DNA of 42,057 nucleotides from a bacterium (GTDB lineage: Bacteria; SZUA-182; DTGQ01; JAFGSM01): positions 1 to 42,057 of the forward strand of contig JBLIRN010000027.1 in assembly GCA_049472315.1 (NCBI GenBank), written 5' to 3'. This document shows positions 1 through 8,578 of the stretch, piece after piece (within the stretch, counting starts at the first letter, position 1; each line of letters begins with the position of its first letter). The position numbers and the translations under genes are program-made. Below the pieces are notes generated by a model that saw nothing but the letters and a program-made list of their open reading frames with translations, searched no databases and was not told the origin of the DNA.

Positions 1-2699
1 CCCCGGATGGCGGAATAGGGAAGATCGACGCTGATGAAGAAGGGCTGAAATACGCGCAGATCGTCCTCGCCGATCCCGAATCCCTTCTGTGGTGAAATTG
101 CCACTGCCTGGAGCTTCCAGGTGGTGATGGTATCCGGGGCCTCGGCATTGATTTCGGCGTTTCCCTGTTCGTCCGTGATAAGATCCTCCCACAGCCATGT
201 CTCGGGGAAGAACTGCCGCACCTTCTCCACCTGGGCGAGATTGCTCGTATCGAAGGTAGATCGGGGCTCGCTGTCGAATTCGTCGGCATCCTCCATCATA
301 TTGGGCGCAGCATTGAAGGCAAACATGGGACCACCGCCCCAGCCCCCTCCTTTCCACCACCAGTATCTCTCGTACCCCTTGCCCTGCGGCACATCCTTGC
401 TGCTTACCACGATAACCCCGGCGTCCTCGAAGATATCCAGCGCGCCCTTCGAGTAGACTTCATTGTACACCGAAGAGGAGTGCAGCTCCGCCTGGGGTTC
501 CATGTAGAGCCGCTCGAGCTCCGCAAATACCTGCTGGAGGTTGAGCCTGTTTTCCGCAAGGATAAAGACCGACCGGTCCACCGCGGCGATGCCGACCCGT
601 GCCTTCCCCTCCGTCTGGATGGCGATGGAGATGTCGTCTCCTGGCCTCACCTCCTCGGAGTCGAACGCCGCGGTCACCTGATGAGGATAGTCCGCCGTGA
701 CATCGAAGGGGAGAAAGTCGGCAGCCACCTCGCTGGTGGGAAGGATCTGATACACCAGGATCTTTGCCGCAGGCGCCATCGCAGGTGTCACCATGAAGGA
801 GATCTCCCGCAACTCGGTATAATCGCTGAACACCACCCGGTTCCGTGAAACCACCTCGTAGTAGAAATGGTACGCCTCGTTCGTTGCATGGACCTTGAAC
901 CGGATACTCTCCCCTACCCGGGGGATACCCTGGCTTATCTGCTCCAGGTGGATGAAATTCCCGGATGGTGAATAACCCGCCTCGACTGGCTTGGTCAGGG
1001 ATGCATCCCCTGATTCGGCATAGCAGACGAGGGCCACACATTCCACCGGCGGGGTGATGGTGAGAAGAGCCTTTCCCCCTGCGGTCGTCACGGTGGTATC
1101 AACCCGCTGAGACATGGTATTCAACGAGCTGTCGACATAGGTGATCCCCACGGTCACCTGGGCGTCAACGGGTGCATTATCGGGGGTCGTGGTCACGATC
1201 AGCAGGTTGAAGGGCAATCCGGGCATGAATACGGAGCCCTCGGGGATCACCTGGAGCAGCAGCGGAGAGGAGGAAATGGTCACCAGCCGGTTCGTCTTCT
1301 CCTCGTAATTGGTGTTCCGCTCCTTCACGGTGAAGTCCAGGGTGATATTCCCCATTCCCCCTGCTGCGGGCACCCCGGCCACATACCCCACCGCGGGTAT
1401 ATTGAATGCGGTCTCCCCGTCGATCTCCGTGGTGAAGGTCTCGAACACCTCCCATTCCCCCACATAGCGTTTTGCCTCGATCACCAGATCGCCCCTGACC
1501 GGCTTGCCGAAGCTGTACTCAGCCTTCACCGTGCCGGTCACCGGCTCATCCACCAGGAACCACTCCCTGGCGAGCTCGGGCGTGACCTCGTATTTGGGAA
1601 GCACGTAGCGCTCCACCCGCACGTCGAGCTGCGTGTCCGCATTCTCGCACACCGCGACAATCTTCCACACCCCCAGGTTCGGCTCACTGGAGATGGGAAG
1701 ATCGAGGGTGGCCATGCCGTATTCATCGGTAGCAACCTGCTTCCTGAATATCTTTATCCCCTTTGCATCGTTCACCTCCACCACCGCTGCCCTGCTCACC
1801 GGCCTGAGTGCCGTATCCAGGCTGATCACCCTCATGCGGATGGTCTGGCCCGGCTGGTAGATGGGCTTGTCGGTCTGCACAAACAGGAGGACCTCATCCA
1901 CCACACTCACCTGGGTGCTCCCTTCAAAGTCATCCCCCTTGAGGGTGAGATGGTATTCCCCCTCCTCCACCTCAGGGACCGTGAACTGTATGCTCCCTTT
2001 TCCCGAGATATACTCAACGGTCTCCAGGATCTCCTCCCCGTTCTTGGAGAGGGTGAGGGTTACCCTGTGCGTGCCCCGCCTTCGGGTAAGGCTTCCCTCC
2101 TCGAAGAGTGTAACGGAGACCTGCTCATCCTCTCCGGCGTGCAATTCCCGGGGAATGACGGCGAGGTATTCCTTGGCCCTGACCGTCGGTGTAACGGTCT
2201 GAGGCGTATAAACCGGGCCCGAGGGCGCTGAATAGAAATAATTCCACGGTGTATAGGCGCCGAAACCCTGACCGAAGGAATGGAGGATGGGCAAGGAAGG
2301 CGCATAGCCATACGCATACATGAGCGAAGGGGAAAGGGACGCATACTGACGATTTCCCGCATAGGGCCCGGCATACCCCTGCAGACCGGCATTGTATCCG
2401 AATGAGTAGGTCATGGGGTAAGAAAAGGTGTACTGGTTTTGGAATGGTTGATTGAACTGGTATGTATTAAACAAGGAGGAAAACTGGGAGGCGCGATTGA
2501 AGGTATTGTTTTGCCATGCGTACGGGGAGGCATTCAAGGAATAAGCAAGGCCGGAAAACTGGTTGAGGTACGGGGGATACTTCACCTGGGCATTGCCGTT
2601 TATGCCCGCACAAAGACATACCATCAAAAATGAGGCTGCAATGACATACACCGTGATCGGTGCATGGAAAATGCTCCGAGACGTGCGGATGCATCTCAT
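1..2699 (-). CDS. Alpha-2-macroglobulin/thioester-protein (TEP/CD109-like) family secreted protein, 3'-partial, with N-terminal Tyr-rich low-complexity region
   Basis: Not in the ORF track because there is no stop in the window. Manual translation from ATG 2699 (GGAGG upstream) stays open to base 1 (about 899 codons). Signal peptide MRCIRTS...FLMVCLCAGINGNA|Q. A2M motifs: YLAVIPRELHAG, LFVQTDKPIYQPGQTIRMRVISLD, LPISSEPNLGVWKI, VERYVLPKYEV, YSFGKPVRG, YSPSGNFIHL, AAVDRSVFIL, VRQFFPETWLW, PDTITTWKLQA, VFQPFFISVDLPYSAIRG. The thioester domain would lie outside the window. Confidence 0.93.
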   Translation of the reverse strand, partial: MRCIRTSRSIFHAPITVYVIAASFLMVCLCAGINGNAQVKYPPYLNQFSGLAYSLNASPYAWQNNTFNRASQFSSLFNTYQFNQPFQNQYTFSYPMTYSFGYNAGLQGYAGPYAGNRQYASLSPSLMYAYGYAPSLPILHSFGQGFGAYTPWNYFYSAPSGPVYTPQTVTPTVRAKEYLAVIPRELHAGEDEQVSVTLFEEGSLTRRRGTHRVTLTLSKNGEEILETVEYISGKGSIQFTVPEVEEGEYHLTLKGDDFEGSTQVSVVDEVLLFVQTDKPIYQPGQTIRMRVISLDTALRPVSRAAVVEVNDAKGIKIFRKQVATDEYGMATLDLPISSEPNLGVWKIVAVCENADTQLDVRVERYVLPKYEVTPELAREWFLVDEPVTGTVKAEYSFGKPVRGDLVIEAKRYVGEWEVFETFTTEIDGETAFNIPAVGYVAGVPAAGGMGNITLDFTVKERNTNYEEKTNRLVTISSSPLLLQVIPEGSVFMPGLPFNLLIVTTTPDNAPVDAQVTVGITYVDSSLNTMSQRVDTTVTTAGGKALLTITPPVECVALVCYAESGDASLTKPVEAGYSPSGNFIHLEQISQGIPRVGESIRFKVHATNEAYHFYYEVVSRNRVVFSDYTELREISFMVTPAMAPAAKILVYQILPTSEVAADFLPFDVTADYPHQVTAAFDSEEVRPGDDISIAIQTEGKARVGIAAVDRSVFILAENRLNLQQVFAELERLYMEPQAELHSSSVYNEVYSKGALDIFEDAGVIVVSSKDVPQGKGYERYWWWKGGGWGGGPMFAFNAAPNMMEDADEFDSEPRSTFDTSNLAQVEKVRQFFPETWLWEDLITDEQGNAEINAEAPDTITTWKLQAVAISPQKGFGIGEDDLRVFQPFFISVDLPYSAIR

Positions 2700-2882
2700 G
2701 ATTGTGACCCTCCGCTTGTTGGGGTTGATCTATGATGGATTTTGAATCAATAAGGCCTTCTCCCTTGAATACCTCCCTTTCTTATCCATCCGGGATGGAT
2801 GGGGTGGAATTGGTTCCATCTGGCACACAGTCAAATAGACGAGGCAAAATCTTTTATGTTACCCTTCCTGAATGAAAAGCCA

Positions 2883-3086
2883 TTAATAACGTTCTCTCTT
2901 TCTATTATTTGTGACGACCTTGCTCACAGGATCCCCCTTTATCCTTATAGAAGAGCGAAATTTCTTTAATGACGGTAATTTCTTTGCGCAACTGTCTGAT
3001 CTTACAAGATATGCGACATCCTTGCCGCGCCGGGTGATAAGGAGAAAGCTTAATTTGCCTCGTGCTTCTTTTACATGTATCTTCAT
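2883..3086 (-). pseudogene. Phd/YefM-family antitoxin, orphan, apparently with an internal in-frame deletion
   Basis: MKIHVKEARGKLSFLL-ITRRGKDVAYLV matches Phd/YefM (v.eAr..Ls.Ll...v..GEev.ItRrGk.vA.lv) but lacks the roughly 10-residue 'drv..GEev' segment. No toxin ORF downstream. Confidence 0.7.
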
Positions 3087-3363
3087 ACGAGCATACCCCC
3101 ATTAAGGCGTATATATTTAGTATATATTCTCGAACGGCTTTATCAACACGTTGATGCCATTCAAATCGTACCTGAATCCAAAGGATGGGCCGCCGGCCAG
3201 CCGATGAGGGTCATCGTGTCCGGTTTGAGCACAATGAGGAAAGTCCCGAAGGATGTCAGGGGAGAATTCCATTCCGGAATGGCCTTTTTGAGGGTTTTAT
3301 GGTATAAGTGGGTGTATATCTTGATGATATTGTTTAATTTATACATGGTGCGAGGACTGTGAC

Positions 3364-4503
3364 ATGCCGGTTGTGATCTCCGTGGTGGGGAAGAGCGACA
3401 GCGGGAAGACCACCCTGATCGAAAAGCTGGTGCCGGAATTGACCCGGAGGGGATACCGGGTGGGCACCATCAAGCACAATGCGCACGGATTCGACCTGGA
3501 TCATGAGGGAAAGGACTCCCGCAGGCACAAGCAGGCCGGCGCGGAAGCGATAGCCCTCTCCTCCCCTTCGGGGTTTGCCTTCATCCGGGATGTGGAGCGG
3601 GAGCTGAGCATCGACCAGATCGTCTCCGGGTATTTCGGGGACATGGACATCGTGATCACCGAAGGATACAAGAGGGAGGGGAAACCCAAGATCGAGGTGT
3701 TCAGGAGGGGGGGGCCGCACCGGGAGATCCTGTGTGCGAATGACGATACATTGATCGCCCTTGTGACCGATGCGGAGGTCGAGGTTTCCGTGCCCCGCTT
3801 CGGGCTCGAGGAGGCAGGGAGGCTTGCGGATTACCTGGAAGGCCGGTTTCTCAGCAAGGCCCCCGGGAAGGTGAATCCTTCCAGGATGACCGGGATCATC
3901 CTGGCCGGGGGCAAGGGGGTCCGCTTCGGGGGGAACAAGGCCCTCACCAGGATGAACGGGAACTCCCTTATCGAATGGATCATCGAGACCTACCGGGAGA
4001 TCTTCGGCGAGATCCTCATCTCAACGAACGATCCACCTGCATATGCCTTCACCGGGATACGGACGGTGAGGGACATCATTCCCCATAAGGGCCCGCTTGT
4101 GGGCATCTATTCGAGCCTCCTGGAAACCAGCCACGAGCTGGCCTTTGTTTCCGCCTGCGACATGCCCTTCATCCGGCCATCCCTTATCAGGCACATGGTG
4201 GACGTTGCGGAGGGATACGATGTGGTGATCCCCTCCCTGAGCGAGGGAATGCTCGAGCCCCTCCATGCCCTGTACCGGAAGACCTGCCTCCCGGCGATGA
4301 AGCGGGCGGTGGAGGGACATAAAAGGCGGGTGGTAAGCTTCTTTCCGGAGGTACGCGTATACACCATGAGCCGGGACGAGATCAGCCGGCACGACCCCGA
4401 CCTTCTCTCCTTCTTCAACATCAACACCAGGGAGGACCTGGAAAGGGCCAAGGAGCGTTTCAGGCTCTTGAGATATAGCGCCTCTCCCGGGTGTCGATCT
4501 TGA
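3364..4503 (+). CDS. mobB: MobB-MobA fusion: molybdopterin-guanine dinucleotide biosynthesis protein B plus Mo-cofactor guanylyltransferase
   Basis: N-half: P-loop GKSDSGKTT, IKH..HGFDLD.EGKDS.RH, VITEGYK. C-half: ILAGGKGVRFGGNKAL, GPLVGI, ACDMPF, EPLHALY, FFNINT.EDL. Confidence 0.92.
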   Translation: MPVVISVVGKSDSGKTTLIEKLVPELTRRGYRVGTIKHNAHGFDLDHEGKDSRRHKQAGAEAIALSSPSGFAFIRDVERELSIDQIVSGYFGDMDIVITEGYKREGKPKIEVFRRGGPHREILCANDDTLIALVTDAEVEVSVPRFGLEEAGRLADYLEGRFLSKAPGKVNPSRMTGIILAGGKGVRFGGNKALTRMNGNSLIEWIIETYREIFGEILISTNDPPAYAFTGIRTVRDIIPHKGPLVGIYSSLLETSHELAFVSACDMPFIRPSLIRHMVDVAEGYDVVIPSLSEGMLEPLHALYRKTCLPAMKRAVEGHKRRVVSFFPEVRVYTMSRDEISRHDPDLLSFFNINTREDLERAKERFRLLRYSASPGCRS

Positions 4504-5029
4504 TGCGCTCCCCCTCCTTCATGTAGGCGGGGACCTGCACCACCAGGCCGGTCTCCGTGACCGCCGTCTTGGTCTGGGCAGCTGCAGTGGCGCTCCTGAC
4601 CACCGGATCGCACTCCGTGATGACCTGCTCCACCACAAGGGGGAGGTCCATATTCACCACATTTCCGTTGAAGATGTGAAGGGTTACCTGCAAGCCCTCG
4701 ACCAGGAATGGCTGCCGGTCGCCGATCTGTTCCTCGTGGAGGGTGTGCTGTTCGTAGGTCTCGAGATCCATGAACACGTATTCATCCCCGTTTTGATAGA
4801 GGAATTGTCCTCCCCTACGGTCGAAATCGGGCTCGTCGACCATGTCCCCGCCCTTGAAGGTCATGTCCAGGACCTGTCCGGTGAGCAGGTTCCTCCCCTT
4901 TATCTTGACCAGCATATTTGCCCCCCGCGCCGAGGGGGTCTGCTTGGTAATGTCCATGACCACATAGGGGGTGCCTTCCGTCTGAAACACCCCTCCCCTT
5001 TTCAGGTCATTCACGATGATCTGGGCCAT
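4460..5029 (-). CDS. yeiP: Elongation factor P-like protein (EfpL/YeiP type)
   Basis: EF-P motifs FMDLETYEQ and TGLVVQVP.Y...GE.IKIDT. The loop reads QTPSARGA (YeiP-type SP.ARG) rather than the canonical KPGKG. Confidence 0.88.
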   Translation of the reverse strand: MAQIIVNDLKRGGVFQTEGTPYVVMDITKQTPSARGANMLVKIKGRNLLTGQVLDMTFKGGDMVDEPDFDRRGGQFLYQNGDEYVFMDLETYEQHTLHEEQIGDRQPFLVEGLQVTLHIFNGNVVNMDLPLVVEQVITECDPVVRSATAAAQTKTAVTETGLVVQVPAYMKEGERIKIDTRERRYISRA

Positions 5030-5375
5030 AGCGTTGCATCTCCTCTCCCGGGAAATTCCGGCGTGTTGCGGTCACGATCGGCAGGACACATGTACGGTGC
5101 ATCGATCGATGTGAACCGGCAATCCTGATGGTAACTCTATCATTTAAATTTCTTTTATTGTATCACGGATGTGATGGCAAGGGCCATAGATCATTTGTGA
5201 ATACCCTTACGAAGCGGTATACTGGGGTGTAATCATAAAAGGGGAGTATCCCGGTCATTTCTTCGGCACCAGCGCGAAGGAGTGCTACTCGCTCAGGGCT
5301 GATAACAGTGCACCGCTGAGATAGAGAGATCCTGAACCACGGGGGACGGGCCTCTACAGTGCGATGGAAGGGAGA

Positions 5376-6368
5376 ATGAAGACCTATCTTGATTGCATAC
5401 CCTGTTTTTTCCGGCAGGCCCTGGAGGCGGCCCGGATTGCAGGGGCGGATGAGCCGACCCAGAAGCGTATTCTTGAAGAGGTAGGCAGAACCCTGCCCTC
5501 GGTTTCCCTGGAGGCATCCCCTCCCGAGATAGGGGAGACCATCTATCGCCTGGTGCGAGAGGTGACGGGCATCGGTGATCCCTACCGTTTGTTGAAGCAG
5601 GAGAGCAACCGGCGTGCCCTTGCAATCTACCCGGAGTTGAGGCAGAAGGTGCGCGAATCGCATGATCCTCTCCTTACCGCAGTGAAGCTTGCCATTGCGG
5701 GTAATATCATCGACTACGGCATAGGGAGTCCCATGAATATACGCGATGAACTGCAACGAATCCTGGGTATCGAACAGAATGCCATAGAACGGGAGGGGGC
5801 CGAGCTCTTCAACTACCCTGCGTTCAGCGATGCAATCGAGAAGGCGCATACCATCCTCTATCTTGCCGACAATGCAGGGGAAACCGTGTTCGACCGGGTG
5901 CTGATCGAGGAGATACGATGCCGGTGGGGGGAAAGGGAGATCGATTATGCGGTAAAGGCAGGGCCGGCCATCAATGACGCCCTGGCAGAGGATGCAACGG
6001 CCTGCGGGATACATGATAGCGCACGGGTTATCTCGGCGGGTCTCCAGGCACCGGGAACCATCCTCCGGCTCTGCTCGAAGGAATTTGTGGAGTTGTTCGA
6101 ACAGGCCGACATGGTGATCAGCAAGGGACAGGGGAATTTCGAGGCCCTCTCCCAGGAGAGGCGGTCCATCTTCTTTCTGTTCATGGCAAAGTGCCCGGTG
6201 GTGGTCAAGGAACTGCACTGCGGGCTGAGGGATATCATTCTCCTTCATAAACCGGCCCACGGGAGGGATGTCTCAACAACCGCCCTTTCGGCATGGGTCC
6301 GATCCAATCGAGTAACCAGTTCATCGAAAAGGGATGACGGCCATGGAGATAACAATACTCTTCAATAG
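5376..6368 (+). CDS. ARMT1-like / DUF89 damage-control metal-dependent phosphatase
   Basis: MKTYLDCIPCF, DPY..LKQESN, AIAGNIIDYG, YLADNAGETVFD, INDA, ISKGQGNFEAL, KCPVV. Start is either 5376 or 5364. Confidence 0.9.
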   Translation: MKTYLDCIPCFFRQALEAARIAGADEPTQKRILEEVGRTLPSVSLEASPPEIGETIYRLVREVTGIGDPYRLLKQESNRRALAIYPELRQKVRESHDPLLTAVKLAIAGNIIDYGIGSPMNIRDELQRILGIEQNAIEREGAELFNYPAFSDAIEKAHTILYLADNAGETVFDRVLIEEIRCRWGEREIDYAVKAGPAINDALAEDATACGIHDSARVISAGLQAPGTILRLCSKEFVELFEQADMVISKGQGNFEALSQERRSIFFLFMAKCPVVVKELHCGLRDIILLHKPAHGRDVSTTALSAWVRSNRVTSSSKRDDGHGDNNTLQ

Positions 6369-7056
6369 CGAAGGAATAAGTAACGATTTTGTAACCGGTT
6401 GGGGATTTTCCGCACTGGTCGACGGTACCATCCTGTTCGATACGGGTGAGAAGGGCGACGCCCTGCTTGCCAATTGCGGGTGGCTGGATATCGACGTGGC
6501 CGGTATACAGGCCGTGGTCATCTCCCACGATCACTGGGACCACACCGGTGGCCTATGGGCCATCCTGAAAAAACGAAAGGGAATCCCGGTGTATGCCTGT
6601 CCCGGATTCAGCAGGGAATTCAAGGAAAAGGTCAAGGAGGACGGGGGAAGGCTCGTGGAGACGGAGGATTTTTTGGAGATTAAAAAGGACATGTTCGTGA
6701 CCGGGGAGATACCCGGACCCGCCGCAGGCCCCGCCATCCCGGAGCAGGCAATGGTCATCAAAAGGGGACGGGGGCTCGTCACCCTTACCGGATGCGCCCA
6801 TCCGGGAATCCTTAATATACTGAAGGCGATGCAGGGGCACTTCCCCCGGATGGGACTCCATTTCGTTCTGGGTGGGTTTCACCTGATGCACAGCGGGCGG
6901 AGCAGTATACAGGACGTGGTGGAGGGTTTCCGCAGGATGGGGGTGGAAAAGGTGTCCGCCACCCACTGCTCAGGAAGCGAGGCGGAGGCCCTGTTCAGCA
7001 CAGCTTACGGTGAGGCCGCGATTCCGCTTCGGGTGGGGAAACGAATCGAGATATAA
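6343..7056 (+). CDS. MBL-fold metallo-hydrolase
   Basis: WGFSALV, ILFDTG, SHDHWDHTGG (HxHxDH), TGCAHPGI, GGFHL, THCSG. Overlaps the DUF89 gene end, so likely an operon. Alternative start 6334. Confidence 0.88.
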   Translation: MEITILFNSEGISNDFVTGWGFSALVDGTILFDTGEKGDALLANCGWLDIDVAGIQAVVISHDHWDHTGGLWAILKKRKGIPVYACPGFSREFKEKVKEDGGRLVETEDFLEIKKDMFVTGEIPGPAAGPAIPEQAMVIKRGRGLVTLTGCAHPGILNILKAMQGHFPRMGLHFVLGGFHLMHSGRSSIQDVVEGFRRMGVEKVSATHCSGSEAEALFSTAYGEAAIPLRVGKRIEI

Positions 7057-7071
7057 CCCGAAGGTGATCGC

Positions 7072-7560
7072 TCAAAAGGACCACCAGGGCTTCACCACCA
7101 CAGGAGCCTGTATCCGCGCAAATCCACCCCTTTCGTCGTACACCGTTGTATTCAGAAGATATACTCCCGGAAAGTTCGGCGTGAAGCTCCAGTTGAGGGT
7201 CCCGGCTATCGGCTGGCCAGACGCCCCGATAGAGGAGGATGCATACACCTGGTCAGCGTCGGGATCGATAACCCCGAATGTCCATGACGCGGTCTGACCT
7301 GCCTTGGTGACCATGGGAAACGATGGGGTATACACCTGTATGGGCGGGTGATTCAGCCACCCGGAAGACGCATAGGTTGGGTAGTTATACGCCTGTGAGG
7401 TTCTAACGGTTCCAACATTCTGCAGGGACCATGATTGGTATGACGGGATATCCCCCTGGTATGAGACCATCCACTGTACAGGATTTGTCTGGGCAATTGC
7501 CTGGACAGCCAGGACCATCCCCAGAATCCCGATGAGCATTGCTATGACAGACTTTTTCAT
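7072..7560 (-). CDS. Secreted hypothetical protein with probable C-terminal Ig/PKD-like beta-sandwich
   Basis: GGAGG RBS before ATG 7560 (track start 7761 is likely too long). Signal peptide MKKSVIAMLIGILGMVLAVQAIA|Q. C-terminal part has VIDPDADQV...WSFTPNFPGVYLLNTTVYDERGG, an Ig-like pattern. Confidence 0.75.
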   Translation of the reverse strand: MKKSVIAMLIGILGMVLAVQAIAQTNPVQWMVSYQGDIPSYQSWSLQNVGTVRTSQAYNYPTYASSGWLNHPPIQVYTPSFPMVTKAGQTASWTFGVIDPDADQVYASSSIGASGQPIAGTLNWSFTPNFPGVYLLNTTVYDERGGFARIQAPVVVKPWWSF

Positions 7561-7803
7561 GACGACCCTCCGTGATGGGATGGACAGGACATGAAAGATA
7601 CATGTATGGATTACCAAGATAGACGCTGAGCACTGCCGGGCGTTACGCTCCGTCACAGGCTGCAAGGTGGTCAGAAAAAAAGGCCCTGTGCATGGAAATG
7701 GGATGTGCGGGAAAAGGTGGTGATGGGTGACAACGAAACGCTCGCCGTAGAATACGAGCAAGGAGGATTTCCGCCTGCGGTCCTTGAGCGACCAGCGGCG
7801 TGT

Positions 7804-8211
7804 CTACTGATTGACGGAGGGCGCCAACAGGGTGTTGATGTTCCTGATGAGCTCATCCATATCGAATGGCTTGTACATCATCTGATCGGCAGCACTGAAC
7901 TCCATAAAAAATTTCTCCCGCTCAGGATCATTATCCAACCTGCGGGCGGTGAGCAGGAGCACGATGATATCCTTTGCGATCTTTCCGACCTTCATCGCCT
8001 CCTTGATGAAGCGGGAGACCCGATAGCCATTCTCTTTCGGGAGCATCACGTCGAGGACCACCAAGTCCGGCATCTGCTCTCCAACCTTATCAAGTGCCTC
8101 ATGTCCGTCATAGGCGGTCAAAACCTCAAACCCCTCCTGTTCCAGACTGAATTTTATGGTCTCGACGATGTCAGGTTCATCATCCACGATGAGAATCTTT
8201 TTCTTCGACAT
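7804..8211 (-). CDS. Single-domain response regulator (receiver)
   Basis: KILIVDDE, PDLVVLDVMLP, LLTAR, KPFD. GGAGAGG RBS. Confidence 0.92.
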   Translation of the reverse strand: MSKKKILIVDDEPDIVETIKFSLEQEGFEVLTAYDGHEALDKVGEQMPDLVVLDVMLPKENGYRVSRFIKEAMKVGKIAKDIIVLLLTARRLDNDPEREKFFMEFSAADQMMYKPFDMDELIRNINTLLAPSVNQ

Positions 8212-8470
8212 GACCTCTCCCCCTTACTCGTCCATGATCCCGAAATCCCTCCCCTGCTTGTGCGCATTCTCGCTGCCGGGTGGTATCTCAGTATATATCC
8301 TATGCGATCTCTTTCCTCTCACGCCTTAATGGTAATGAACACCCCACCCGTTTTATAACAGAAAAAGACTCGGGATTCGATATTCTCGATTTTCAATACC
8401 GTATGCGCACCGATCGCTTCGCTTCCATAGCAACGGGCCACCGCCTGAAATCATAACAAATACAGTTCTC

Positions 8471-8500
8471 AGTATAGCCGATTAGGTTCTTTCTTGTCAA
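8471..8500 (-). promoter_or_regulatory. Candidate sigma-70 promoter for the response regulator gene
   Basis: Minus strand TTGACA-18 nt-TATACT in the intergenic region, about 260 nt upstream of the 8211 start. Confidence 0.55.
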
Positions 8501-8578
8501 TAAATATACAATCACCGGTGTCCCGGTATCATTAACGGTCAATGCATTAACGACGCATCGCGTCCCGGTGCCATGGAC

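Noticed and set aside
121..2694. Many short track ORFs (e.g. 460-1041, 480-848, 1861-2202, 2467-2694)
   Set aside because: All are alternative-frame or antisense shadows of the A2M reading frame.
5163..6260. 365-aa minus-strand ORF
   Set aside because: Antisense to the DUF89 gene, no motifs.
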